A DNA stretch of 64,000 nucleotides from Alphaproteobacteria bacterium. Lineage in GTDB: Bacteria > Pseudomonadota > Alphaproteobacteria > GCA-2731375. Location of the stretch: contig CBDDBZ010000039.1 in the NCBI GenBank assembly GCA_965225945.1, positions 608,001-672,000 on the forward strand. The letters run 5' to 3'. The translations under genes were made by a program, and so were the position numbers. The notes under the pieces are model-generated. The model was not told the origin of the DNA. It made no database searches and was given only the letters and a program-made list of their open reading frames with translations. Every line of letters starts with the position of its first letter. The first letter of the stretch is position 1. Shown piece by piece: positions 20,498-33,447 of the stretch.

Positions 20498-22760
20498 AGA
20501 ACATTCTTCGCATTTTGGCGGTCCTGTCGTTGGCGCTAGCCGGACCGTCGGCACAAGGACAAACGCCTCTCGACCTGATAACCGGTACACAAAGCGAAAA
20601 TTCCACCGGCGGATCGACATCGGAAGTGGAACTTCGCGAGCTTGTCCGCCTATTGAGCGATCCCGCGCTGATCGAGCGATTGAGGCAACGGTTGCCGGAG
20701 GAGGTGGAGCGGCAGTCGAGTGATGACTATTCGATTTCGAGGATACAGCAATATTTTCACGCCACGCTGGTACTGATCGAGAATAGAGCGAGCGCTGTCG
20801 TTCATGCGCTGATGACGGTTCCCCGGTTGCCCTGGGCTCTCGCCACGGCCTGGGATGAGATCATGGCCGCGAGCGATTTTCTTCAGTCGGCGATTTACGT
20901 GGTCGTCTTCTTGTTCGGCGGCTTTGGATTGGAATGGCTTTACTGGAGCTATTTATCGGCCACGCTGACCCGGATCGAACTTTCGCAACCAAAGAGCTAC
21001 GGCAGTGTCTTGAAGGCCGCCATACTACGAGCCGCCCTGCTGTTTGGAAGCATTGCCGTATTCGCGTTTGGAAGCGTCGGACTATTTATCGGCTTTGAAT
21101 GGTCCCCCTTTATCGAGCATATTGTCACTTCGCTATTAGCCGGCGTAATAATTATGAGAGTCATCGTCATGATTGCTGTATTTGTCCTCGCTTCCAAAGT
21201 CGATGGTTTGAGATTGTTGCCGCTTGACAAGGCGGCGGCGAAAAACATTTTCACCTGGATCTTGGCTATCGGCGGGATCGGCCTTGTCGGCTATCTGGGT
21301 TCGACACCATCGACCGGATGGACATAGCGGCCCCGTCATTGTTGGCCATCGAATCGATTGCTGGCTTATTGTTCGTAACCGCGCTGGTCGCCGCGTTTTG
21401 GCGGACCGATCTCATGCGCCATCGAATTGTCGCGACACCTGGCGGGGATGGTGTCGCGGTCACCGGTGCGCTCTTGCTGGCGCCGGGGAACTTCAGGCTC
21501 GTGCTGTCGAATGTTATCGTTCTAGTTGCTTTCATGCTATGGCTACTCGGCATCGACGCGGTGCTGTGGACGCTGGTCACTTTATCTCTCCTATTCCCGG
21601 CCATCGCGCTCTCCCGGACCATGATCAATCACATTTTCGACAACGTCGAGGATCTAACTCCGATTGCGGCGGAGGATGGCGATGATTTGGAAGAGGAAAA
21701 CGCGTCCGAAATACCAAGCCGTTATCAACTGTACCGTCCGATCGCGTATCGATTGGTCCGATTTGTCCTGACTATCGCCGCCATCCTGACACTCGGCGCG
21801 ATATGGGACGTCACGTCGTTATTGAGCGCGACGTCAGATTCACTCGCCGAGAAAATTTTTGGATTCATCATCGACGTCGTCTTCGCCTTGCTCGTCGCCG
21901 ATTTGATTTGGACTTGGGCGAAAACCGCGATCGAGCGAAAATTGGCCTCCATACCGACACCCGAACCTGGAAGTGCTCCGGGACCGAAAGCTCGAATGGC
22001 AACCTTGCTACCGATGATAAAGAAGGTCTTGTTGATCACCATCATTATCATGGTGACGCTTATTTTTCTGTCATCATTGGGGGTCAACGTCGCCCCGATC
22101 TTGGCCGGCGCGGGCGTGCTGGGTATCGCCTTGGGTTTCGGCGCCCAGGCCTTGGTAATCGATATCTTTTCCGGAGTGTTCTTTCTGATCGATGATGCCT
22201 TTCGGGTCGGTGAATATATTGAAATGGGTGATTTTCGAGGCACTGTCGAAGCCGTTTCCATCCGTCCATTGCGCGTGCGTCATCATCGCGGGGCTTTGCA
22301 TACGATTCCGTACGGAGAATTGAAGTCCTTGACCAACTACAGCCGTGACTGGGTCATAATGAAACTGGAATTTCGAGTTCCGTTCGACACGGATATCAAG
22401 TTGATAAAGAAGATCGTCAAGAAGGTCGGCGCAAAGTTGAAGGATAATCCCGATTATGGTCATCACATAATTCAAGATCTGAAGTCCCAGGGCGTGCGGA
22501 GGATGGAGGAATTCAACATGGTGGTGGGCATCAAGTTCATGGCGGTACCAGGTGAGCAATGGACGATTCGCCGCGACAGCTATCAAATGATCCGCGACGA
22601 GTTTGAAAAGAACGGTATCGTCTTCGCGCAACGTCATGTCAAGGTCGAGGTCGTCAGCGATAGGCCGCTGACAGAGCAGGAAGAAGAAGCCGCCGCGAGC
22701 GCGGCACAGGAGAGTGTCGAACAGCAGGAGCCCGCGGGTCCGGCACCGGATGAACCTTAG
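20494..22760 (+). pseudogene. Large MscS-family mechanosensitive channel, split by an apparent frameshift near 21298 (ORFs 20494-21327 and 21318-22760)
   Basis: ORF1 has a signal peptide and TMs; ORF2 has LAGAGVLGIALGFGAQ, DDAFRVGEYI, IPYGEL...NYSRDW; the frames join as GYL-x-FDTIDRMD. Confidence 0.7.
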
Positions 22761-22865
22761 AGTCCGAGCGAAAAGTCGCCATTGGCGGCCCTTGGCGGCG
22801 AAGCGCCGGTGGTTCCCTATGATCGGGCGGCGCTATAGCATCTCCCTCCGTGGGGAGGGGCGGCC

Positions 22866-26159
<3,294 letters not shown>

Positions 26160-26210
26160 GGCCGAAATGACGGCATCCGAGATCGGCTACGCCAGGGGAG
26201 GAGACAGGCC

Positions 26211-27404
26211 ATGAAGATCATCCCGGAAATCGCCGCGCGAGCCGAGGAGCTCGGCCAAATCCGCCGCGACATCCATGCCCATCCCGAGCTCGGCTTCGAG
26301 GAGAGCCGGACCTCGGACCTCGTCGCCGGCCTGCTGGAATCCTGGGGAATCGAGGTCCATCGCGGTCTCGCCGGCACCGGCGTCGTCGGCACGCTGCGGG
26401 CCGGCGAGGACAAGCGCGCCATCGGGCTTCGCGCCGACATGGACGCGCTGCCGATCCAGGAGGCGAACGATTTCGCCCACCGCTCGCGGAACGAGGGCAA
26501 GATGCACGCCTGCGGCCACGACGGCCACACCACGATGCTGCTGGGCGCGGCCCGTTACCTGGCCGAAACCCGCGACTTCGACGGCACCGTCCATTTCGTC
26601 TTCCAGCCGGCGGAGGAGGGCCTGGGCGGTGCCCGGGCGATGGTCGAGCAGGGGCTGTTTCGCGATTTTCCGATGCAGCGAATCTACGGCATGCACAACA
26701 CGCCCTCGCTCGGCCCCGGTCGCTTCGCCATCCGGGCGGGCCCGATGATGGCGGGCGGCGCCTTCTTCGACATCGAGATCACCGGGCGCGGTGCCCACGG
26801 CGCCCGGCCGGAGGGCAGCGTCGATCCCGTGGTGGTCGCGGCCCAGATCATCACCGCGCTGCAGACCATCGTCGCCCGCAACACAGCGCCGCGAGAGGCC
26901 GCCGTGGTGAGCGTGACCCGCCTGCATGCCGGCGAGGCTTACAACGTCATTCCCGGCGAGGCGCGGCTCGGCGGCACGGTTCGGGTGTTCAGCGCCGAGA
27001 CCATGGCGCTGGTGGAGCGGCGGATGGCTGAATTGTCGGGGGGCATCGCGCGAAGCTTCGGCGCCACCGCCCGGCTCGATTTCCGCGAGATCTTCCGCCC
27101 CCTCGTCAACGACGCGGAAGAGACCGCCTTCGCCGCCGAGGTGGCGGCAGAACTGGTGGGGCCCGAGAACGTCGAGCGCGAGCGCTCGCTGGTCATGGCC
27201 TCGGAGGATTTCTCCGACATGCTGGCGGCCTGCCCCGGGGCCTACATTTATATCGGTAACGGCGACGAGACTGGCCAGGGGGGCGAGGCCTGCCAGGTGC
27301 ACAATGCCGGCTACGATTTCAACGACGCGATCCTGCCCTTGGGCGCGAGCTACTGGAGCCGCCTGGTGGAAACCAAGCTGGCGCGCGAGCGGCCGGCGGG
27401 CTGA
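26211..27404 (+). CDS. M20D amidohydrolase (hippurate hydrolase-like)
   Basis: HAHPELGFEE, LRADMDALP, MHACGHDGHT, QPAEEG, SEDF. Confidence 0.93.
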   Translation: MKIIPEIAARAEELGQIRRDIHAHPELGFEESRTSDLVAGLLESWGIEVHRGLAGTGVVGTLRAGEDKRAIGLRADMDALPIQEANDFAHRSRNEGKMHACGHDGHTTMLLGAARYLAETRDFDGTVHFVFQPAEEGLGGARAMVEQGLFRDFPMQRIYGMHNTPSLGPGRFAIRAGPMMAGGAFFDIEITGRGAHGARPEGSVDPVVVAAQIITALQTIVARNTAPREAAVVSVTRLHAGEAYNVIPGEARLGGTVRVFSAETMALVERRMAELSGGIARSFGATARLDFREIFRPLVNDAEETAFAAEVAAELVGPENVERERSLVMASEDFSDMLAACPGAYIYIGNGDETGQGGEACQVHNAGYDFNDAILPLGASYWSRLVETKLARERPAG

Positions 27405-27507
27405 TACCAACGGACCTGGGCCCCGGCCGCTCCGATCCCCCGGCCACGCCCCATGCGGCGGGCCACGATCGCGGGCGAAGGCCCGGTCCGAGCCGTTTCG
27501 AATCGGC

Positions 27508-28296
27508 TCAGCGCGGCCAGTCGCGCAAATTCACCAGGCCGCCGTCGATCGGCAGCAAGATCCCGGTGACCCAGCGCGCTTCGTCGCTGGCCAGGTAGAG
27601 CGCGCCCCAAGCGACGTCCCAGGCGGTGCCCCGCGTCGCCATCGGCACCTGGTCGACGCGGCGTTGGCGCGCCTCCTCGCCCATGTGGGCGACCATGGGC
27701 GTGTCCACCGTGCCGACAATGATGCAGTTGCTGCGAATGCCGTCGCGGGCGAAGTCGGCGGCGACCGAATAGCTGAAGCCGTGCATGCCGGCCTTGGAGG
27801 TCGCATAGGCGGCGGCGCCGACGGCGCTGATCAGCCCGCGGGCACCGGCGATCGAGGAGATGTTGATGATCGAGCCACCGCCGGCCCGCTTCAGCGCCGG
27901 GATCGCCGCCTTGGTGCATTGCATCATCGACTTCAAATTGACCTCGAGGACCGCGTCCCAGTCGGCTTCCTCGACCACCTCGGCGGTGCCGCCCTGGCCG
28001 ATGCCGACGTTGTTGACCAGGATATCGAGGCGGCCGTGGCGCGCTTCGGCCAGGGCGACCATGGCGCCCGCGTCCTCGGCCCGGGTCGCGTCGCCGGCAA
28101 AAACCGAGGCCTCGCCGCCCTCGCCGGCGATCTCGACGCGGAGCGCCTCGGCCCGTTCCTCGGAGCGGTTGACCAGGACCACGCTAGCGCCTTCGCGGGC
28201 GAAGAGGATCGCCATCGCCTTGCCGTTGCCGACACCCTCGCCGCGCGAGGCCGCGCCGGTGACGATGGCGACCTTGCCGTCCAGCCGTCCGGTCAA
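27508..28296 (-). CDS. Short-chain dehydrogenase/reductase
   Basis: VTGAAS..GVGNG, LVNNVG, YATSK, IDGG. Confidence 0.93.
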   Translation of the reverse strand: MTGRLDGKVAIVTGAASRGEGVGNGKAMAILFAREGASVVLVNRSEERAEALRVEIAGEGGEASVFAGDATRAEDAGAMVALAEARHGRLDILVNNVGIGQGGTAEVVEEADWDAVLEVNLKSMMQCTKAAIPALKRAGGGSIINISSIAGARGLISAVGAAAYATSKAGMHGFSYSVAADFARDGIRSNCIIVGTVDTPMVAHMGEEARQRRVDQVPMATRGTAWDVAWGALYLASDEARWVTGILLPIDGGLVNLRDWPR

Positions 28297-28659
28297 TGTT
28301 TCTCACTCCTTGAAACCGACTTGTCCCAATTGACCGCCGGTTCTGGCCATGACGCTAGCCATTTGGGCCTTCGATGGCAATTTGGCGATCGTTCGCCGCG
28401 CAGGGGGCGCCCGCCGCCGGTCCGCGGCGACGAGGATACACCTCGTCATGACCACGCGAGCGGCGCCGTGTTCGATGGAATTGGCGCCTGTCGGCAAGCG
28501 CGCCGGCACCTCTGTCCCATTTTGAAACTGTATTAAACTAGAACAACTGCCCCAATTTGAACTATTTGTCCTAATTCAGAACGTACCGATTTGGGGATTT
28601 CCGCTCAATAGAGGGATGCGACGCGGGAAAACCCTTGGAATCCCACAGGTGCCCATAGT

Positions 28660-28675
28660 TGGCACGCCCCTTGCT
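28660..28675 (+). promoter_or_regulatory. Sigma-54 (-24/-12) promoter
   Basis: TGGCACG-CCCC-TTGCT, exact match to consensus TGGCACG-N4-TTGC(A/T). Confidence 0.85.
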
Positions 28676-28684
28676 ATGTATGTT

Positions 28685-28818
28685 GGTGAAGGCCACGAGG
28701 CGGTCCGACCCGGCAAGCGGTTTTCACCTAGAGTGTAGATTCCCTCTCTGTCTGACCGTTCATGCCCTCAACCCGGTCAGACGTCGCTTTCGGGCGCCCT
28801 CGGGCGCCCTTTTCTTTG
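28685..28818 (+). ncRNA. Candidate sigma-54-dependent small RNA (~130 nt)
   Basis: Starts ~12 nt after the -12 GC; stems GGTGAAGGCC/GGTTTTCACC and GTCTGACCG/CGGTCAGAC; ends in an intrinsic terminator; no credible ORF. Confidence 0.7.
28792..28818 (+). terminator. Rho-independent terminator
   Basis: GGGCGCC-CTCG-GGCGCCC hairpin followed by TTTTCTTT. Confidence 0.85.
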
Positions 28819-28917
28819 CTTATAGGCCCTGTCGGGACGAATTGCCATCACCATTCGTCAACGCCATCGGGGCGCCCGGGCCGCGGGATCGGGCGCGATG
28901 CGGCCCGAGTCCCGCGA

Positions 28918-30315
28918 TTATTTCTCCAGCGCGGCGCGGGCGCGGGCGATCTCGCCGGCCAGTAGGTCGGCTTGCGGCAGGCCGGGCTCGATCTTGGCCA
29001 GCAGCCGCTCCCAGAGCTCGACCGCGCGGGCCAATCGGCCGGACCGGGATTCGGAGAGGCCGACGAACCACAGCGCCTCGCCGTGCTCGGGATCGAGCTC
29101 CAGAACCCGTCTGAAATCGTCGAGCGCCGCGGCCGGGAGCGCCGCCTCGTCGGCGGCGGCGGCGATCGAGGCGCGCGCGCGGGCCACCAGCGGCGCCGGA
29201 TGCTCGGGGCGAAGCGCGCTCGCCCGGCCATAGGCCGCCACCGCCTCGGCCCCGCGTTGCAACACACCGTAGGCGCGGCCGAGCCGCATCCAGCCGTCGA
29301 AATCCTCGGGCGTCTGCTCCAGCCGCGCGGCCAGCCGCGCGACCATGGCCCCGATGAACGCGGCCCGCTCACCTTCGTCCATGCCCTCGACCAGGGAGGG
29401 ATCGGGCGCGCCCGGCGCCGCCGTCCTCGCCCGGGCCTCATGGCTGCGCAGGCGCGCCAGGAACGCCGGCGGCAACTCATCTTCCAGCGGAATCGCCAAC
29501 TTCTCGCCCGCCCGGGCGAGCCTGAGCAACACCCGATCGAGCCAGGGAGCGTCCACCGAGGCCGTCTTGGCCAGCGCGAGCCAGCCGTCGAAGGCCGCCT
29601 GCGGCCGGCCCGCCTGCCATTCCGCCAGCGCCAGGTAGTAATGCGGGCGGGGCAAGGCCGGATCGCGCGCCCGCGCCGCCTCGAAGGCCGCGCGCGCGGC
29701 CGGGCGAACCGTGCCCTCGGCGGCAAGGGTCAGCGCCTCGCCGAGGTCCGCCTCGCTCCGCGCCTCGCCCGGCGCGCGCGCCACCGCCTCGTAAAAGGCC
29801 TCCGCTGCCGCCGTCGCGCGACCGTGTGCCAAAAGCGCGTGGCCGAGAACACGCCAGCCCTCGACGTCGCCCGGCGCCTCGGCCAGGCGGGCTCGGAGCT
29901 GCCGGACTTCCTTGCTCAGCGGTGCCCGCGCCTCGGCCTCCGGGCGCGGCGCGGGCACCGCGCCCTCCAGCCCGGGCGAACCGAGAAGCGCGTAAAGCCC
30001 AAGCGCGATCGCCGGCAGGGCGAGCACGACGACGATCGCCGGCAGACGGGAGCGGTCCCCCGCCTCGCCGCCATCCTCCGCCAGGTCGACCAGGCGGAGC
30101 AGCCGGCGTTCGATCTCCAGCCGCGCCGTGGCCGCCTCCCCGGCCCCGATCAGGCCCCGCACGAGATCCTCCTCCAGCTCCGCCAATTGCCGGCGGTGAA
30201 CGGCGATATCGTGCTCGCGCCGGGCCCTGGGCGCGCGGGCGCGGCCGAACAACGGCACCAGCAGCATGGCCGTCATCGAGGCCGCCAGCACTGCCAGAAC
30301 GAGCCAGAGACTCAT
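28918..30315 (-). CDS. ccmI: Cytochrome c biogenesis protein CcmI/CycH
   Basis: N-terminal TM, RRQLAELEEDL.RGLI, ARLEIERRLL, LYALLGSP, two TPR clusters. Confidence 0.9.
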   Translation of the reverse strand: MSLWLVLAVLAASMTAMLLVPLFGRARAPRARREHDIAVHRRQLAELEEDLVRGLIGAGEAATARLEIERRLLRLVDLAEDGGEAGDRSRLPAIVVVLALPAIALGLYALLGSPGLEGAVPAPRPEAEARAPLSKEVRQLRARLAEAPGDVEGWRVLGHALLAHGRATAAAEAFYEAVARAPGEARSEADLGEALTLAAEGTVRPAARAAFEAARARDPALPRPHYYLALAEWQAGRPQAAFDGWLALAKTASVDAPWLDRVLLRLARAGEKLAIPLEDELPPAFLARLRSHEARARTAAPGAPDPSLVEGMDEGERAAFIGAMVARLAARLEQTPEDFDGWMRLGRAYGVLQRGAEAVAAYGRASALRPEHPAPLVARARASIAAAADEAALPAAALDDFRRVLELDPEHGEALWFVGLSESRSGRLARAVELWERLLAKIEPGLPQADLLAGEIARARAALEK

Positions 30316-30791
30316 ACCGGCCCGTCCTCTTCGGCCAGCAGGTCCTCGAGCCGGCGGCGCTCGTCGGCCGCCAGCGCCGCCGGCGCCGCCGCGCTTTGCC
30401 GGCGCCGGCGATACCACAGGACGACGCCGAGACCGCCCCCGATCAGCAGCAGCGCCGGGGCCAGCCAGATCAGCGCCGTCGCTGGGCGAAACGGCGGCCG
30501 CAACAGCACCCACTCGCCGTAGCGTCGAACCAGAAACGCCCGCACCTCGTCGTCGCCGTCGCCCGCCACCAATCGCTCGCGCACCAGGGTGCGCAGATCG
30601 CGGGCCAGTTCGGCGTTGGATTCGGCGATCGACTGGTTCTGACAGACGAGGCAGCGGATTTCCCGGTGCAGCGCCAGCGCCCGGGCCTCGAGGGCGGGAT
30701 CGACAAGCGGCACCTCCGGCGCGCTCTGGGCCCAGGCCGTCGCGGCGAACGCCAGCACCGCCGAGGCCAGAGCCACGCGAAACCTCAGCAT
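30312..30791 (-). CDS. ccmH: Cytochrome c biogenesis protein CcmH/CycL
   Basis: IRCLVCQNQSIAESNA, RYGEWVLLRPP. Confidence 0.95.
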   Translation of the reverse strand: MLRFRVALASAVLAFAATAWAQSAPEVPLVDPALEARALALHREIRCLVCQNQSIAESNAELARDLRTLVRERLVAGDGDDEVRAFLVRRYGEWVLLRPPFRPATALIWLAPALLLIGGGLGVVLWYRRRRQSAAAPAALAADERRRLEDLLAEEDGPV

Positions 30792-31396
30792 GCCACCGCC
30801 TCTCCGGCCCGTGCCGCCCGGATCGCGGGCAACAGTTTGGTTTCGAGGGCTTGCTCCGATATCGCGCCGATGTGCTTGCAAACGATGCGGCTGCCGGCAT
30901 CGACGACGAAGCTTTCCGGCACCCCGTAGACGCCCCAGTCGATCGCCACCCGGCCGGCCCGGTCGGCGCCGACGCCCTGATAGGGATCGCCGAAGCGGGT
31001 CAGCCAGCGGAGCGCCGGCTCCCGCTCGTCCTTGTAGTTGAGGCCGTGGACGGTGACGATTCCCCGCTCCTTCAGTCGCATCAGGATCGGATGTTCGATC
31101 CGGCAGGTGAAGCACCAGGAGGCGAAGACGTTGACCAGCGTCACCTCGCCCACCAAGTCGGCGCTGGCGAGGCCCGGCGCGCGGCCCTCGATCGGCGGCA
31201 GGTCGAACTCGGGCACGGCTGAGCCGATGAGGGCGGAGGGAATCTCGCGGGGTGCCAGGTAGAGACCGTGCAGCAGAAAGCCGCCGAGCGCCACGAAGGC
31301 GAGCAGCGGCACCAGCGCGAAGCCGAGGCCCAGGGGATTTCGGAGGGGACTCCGCGGCGCGTCGTCTCCACCGGCGTCGTTCTCCGAGGTGCGCAT
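30785..31396 (-). CDS. ccmG: Thiol:disulfide interchange protein CcmG/DsbE
   Basis: NVFASWCFTC, GVYGVPESF. Confidence 0.95.
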   Translation of the reverse strand: MRTSENDAGGDDAPRSPLRNPLGLGFALVPLLAFVALGGFLLHGLYLAPREIPSALIGSAVPEFDLPPIEGRAPGLASADLVGEVTLVNVFASWCFTCRIEHPILMRLKERGIVTVHGLNYKDEREPALRWLTRFGDPYQGVGADRAGRVAIDWGVYGVPESFVVDAGSRIVCKHIGAISEQALETKLLPAIRAARAGEAVAC

Positions 31397-31406
31397 CGGC
31401 CGTCTC

Positions 31407-33398
31407 CTATTCCGCCGCCGCCGGCGCCGGCGCCATCGGCGCGAGGCGACGGCGGAGGGGCGCGCCGACCCGGTGGCGGCGGTCGCTCAGCGAGAGCGCG
31501 CCCCCCAGCACCATGATCAACGCGCCGCCCCAGATCCAATGCACCAGCGGCTTGAAATAAAGCCGCGTCGACCAGGCGCCGTCGCCCACCGGCTCGCCGA
31601 TCACGGCGTAGAGATCGCCGCCGGGCCGGGGCTGGATCGCCGCCTCGGTGGTCTGCATCGGCGGGTTCGGATAGCGCCGCGACTGCGGTGCCAGGACGGC
31701 GATCTCGGCGCCGTCGCGGAACACCCGAAAGCGGCCCTCGACGGCGGCGTAGTTCGGCCCCCGGACCGGGCGCACCCCCTCGAAGCGGTAGACATGGTCG
31801 CCGACCCGGGCCTCCTCGCCGGGTTTCAGCGGCAGCAGGCGTTCGCTCTCCCAGGCGGTCGAGGCGACGATACCGAGCAGCACCACGCCGGCGCCCCCAT
31901 GCGCCACCGTCATCCCCCAGGCGGCGCGCGGCAGCGCCACGGCCCGGCGCCAACTGTCCCGCGCGGGCGCGCGAAAGAGCTTCACCCGGTCCGCCAGCCC
32001 GACGCCCGTGGCGACGATCAGCCAGGCGCCGAGCGCCATCCCCGCAATCGCCAGCCACGGCCCGTCCGAGACCGCGACCAGGCCCCAGATCACCACCCCC
32101 AGCGCCGCCAGGGCGGCGAGCCAGAGCCGCTGCAACGCGGCGCCCAGATCGCCGCGCTTCCAGGGCAGCAGCGGGCCCACCGCCATCGCCGCCAACACCG
32201 GCACCATGATCGGCCCGAAGGTGGCGTTGAAATAGGGCGGGCCGACGGAGATCTTCTGGCCGGTCAGCGAATCGAGGAAGAGCGGATAGAGCGTGCCGAG
32301 AAAGACGGTGGCCGCCGCCGCGCTCAACAACAGGTTGTTGAGGATCAGCGCGCCCTCCCGGCTCACCGGCTGGAACAGGCCGCCGCCGCCGAGCCGGGGC
32401 GCGCGCAGCGCGTAGAGCGTGAGCGAGCCGGCGACCACGACGAAGAGGAAGGCCAGGATGAAGATGCCGCGCGCGGGATCGTTGGCGAAGGCGTGCACCG
32501 AGGTCAAGACGCCGGAACGCACCAGGAAGGTGCCGAGCAGGCTCAACGAGAACGTCACGATCGCCAGCAGCACGGTCCAGCTCTTCAGCGTGTCGCGCTT
32601 TTCCACCACAATCGCGGAATGCAACAGCGCGGTGCCGGCGAGCCAGGGCATGAAACTCGCGTTCTCCACCGGATCCCAGAACCACCAGCCGCCCCAGCCC
32701 AGCTCGTAATAGGCCCACCAACTGCCGAGCGCGATCCCGAGGGTGAGAAAACACCAGGCGACGAGCGTCCAGGGCCGCACCCACCGCGCCCACACGGCGT
32801 CGACCCGGCCCTCGATCAGGGCGGCCACGGCGAAGGAGAAGGCGATCGAGAAGCCGACATAGCCGAGATAGAGGAAGGGGGGATGGAAGGCGAGGCCCGG
32901 ATCCTGCAACAGCGGGTTCAGGCCCTGGCCGTCCGCCGGCGCGGGCGAGAGCCGGGCGAAGGGGTTGGAGGTGAACAGGCTGAAGGCGAGAAAACCCACC
33001 GCGATCAGCGCCTGCACTGCCAGCACCCGGGCGCGGAACGCCGCCGGCAGGTTGCCGCCGAACCAGGCCACGGCGAGACCGAAGAGCGCCAGGATCAGCA
33101 ACCAGAGCAGGAGCGAGCCCTCGTGGTTGCCCCAAACGCCGCTGATCTTGTAAAGCAGCGGCTTCGCCGAGTGGGAGTTTGCCACCACGTTCACAAGCGA
33201 GAAATCCGAATTTACGTAGGCCGCGGTCAGGCACCCGAAGGCGAGCGCGATCAGCAGGAACTGCGCCGTCGCCTGCGGCCCGGCGAGCGCGATCAGCCGG
33301 GCATTACCCCTGGCCGCGCCCCAGAGCGGCAAGATCCCCTGCGAGACCGCCACGACGAAGGCGAAGACCAGGGCGAAGTGACCGATCTCCGCGATCAC
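31407..33398 (-). CDS. ccmF: Heme lyase CcmF
   Basis: WGNHEGS, WAYYELGWGGWWFWDPVENAS, SVHAFA. Confidence 0.97.
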   Translation of the reverse strand: MIAEIGHFALVFAFVVAVSQGILPLWGAARGNARLIALAGPQATAQFLLIALAFGCLTAAYVNSDFSLVNVVANSHSAKPLLYKISGVWGNHEGSLLLWLLILALFGLAVAWFGGNLPAAFRARVLAVQALIAVGFLAFSLFTSNPFARLSPAPADGQGLNPLLQDPGLAFHPPFLYLGYVGFSIAFSFAVAALIEGRVDAVWARWVRPWTLVAWCFLTLGIALGSWWAYYELGWGGWWFWDPVENASFMPWLAGTALLHSAIVVEKRDTLKSWTVLLAIVTFSLSLLGTFLVRSGVLTSVHAFANDPARGIFILAFLFVVVAGSLTLYALRAPRLGGGGLFQPVSREGALILNNLLLSAAAATVFLGTLYPLFLDSLTGQKISVGPPYFNATFGPIMVPVLAAMAVGPLLPWKRGDLGAALQRLWLAALAALGVVIWGLVAVSDGPWLAIAGMALGAWLIVATGVGLADRVKLFRAPARDSWRRAVALPRAAWGMTVAHGGAGVVLLGIVASTAWESERLLPLKPGEEARVGDHVYRFEGVRPVRGPNYAAVEGRFRVFRDGAEIAVLAPQSRRYPNPPMQTTEAAIQPRPGGDLYAVIGEPVGDGAWSTRLYFKPLVHWIWGGALIMVLGGALSLSDRRHRVGAPLRRRLAPMAPAPAAAE

Positions 33399-33447
33399 GG
33401 AGCCGTCCTCCTCGGGCGGCGCGGCGCGGCGCGCTCGATGCCCATCG

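Noticed and set aside
21290-21330. Programmed ribosomal frameshift in the MscS gene
   Set aside because: No slippery heptamer or stimulatory structure; mutation or sequencing error is more likely
28513-28600. Repeated AT-rich motifs considered as a CRISPR array or replication origin
   Set aside because: Units are degenerate, short and lack spacers; no cas or rep genes and no DnaA boxes seen; better explained as activator sites
28659-29114. 151-aa plus-strand ORF across the sRNA candidate
   Set aside because: Starts inside the sigma-54 promoter, runs through a terminator and into ccmI antisense; low-complexity Arg/Pro translation
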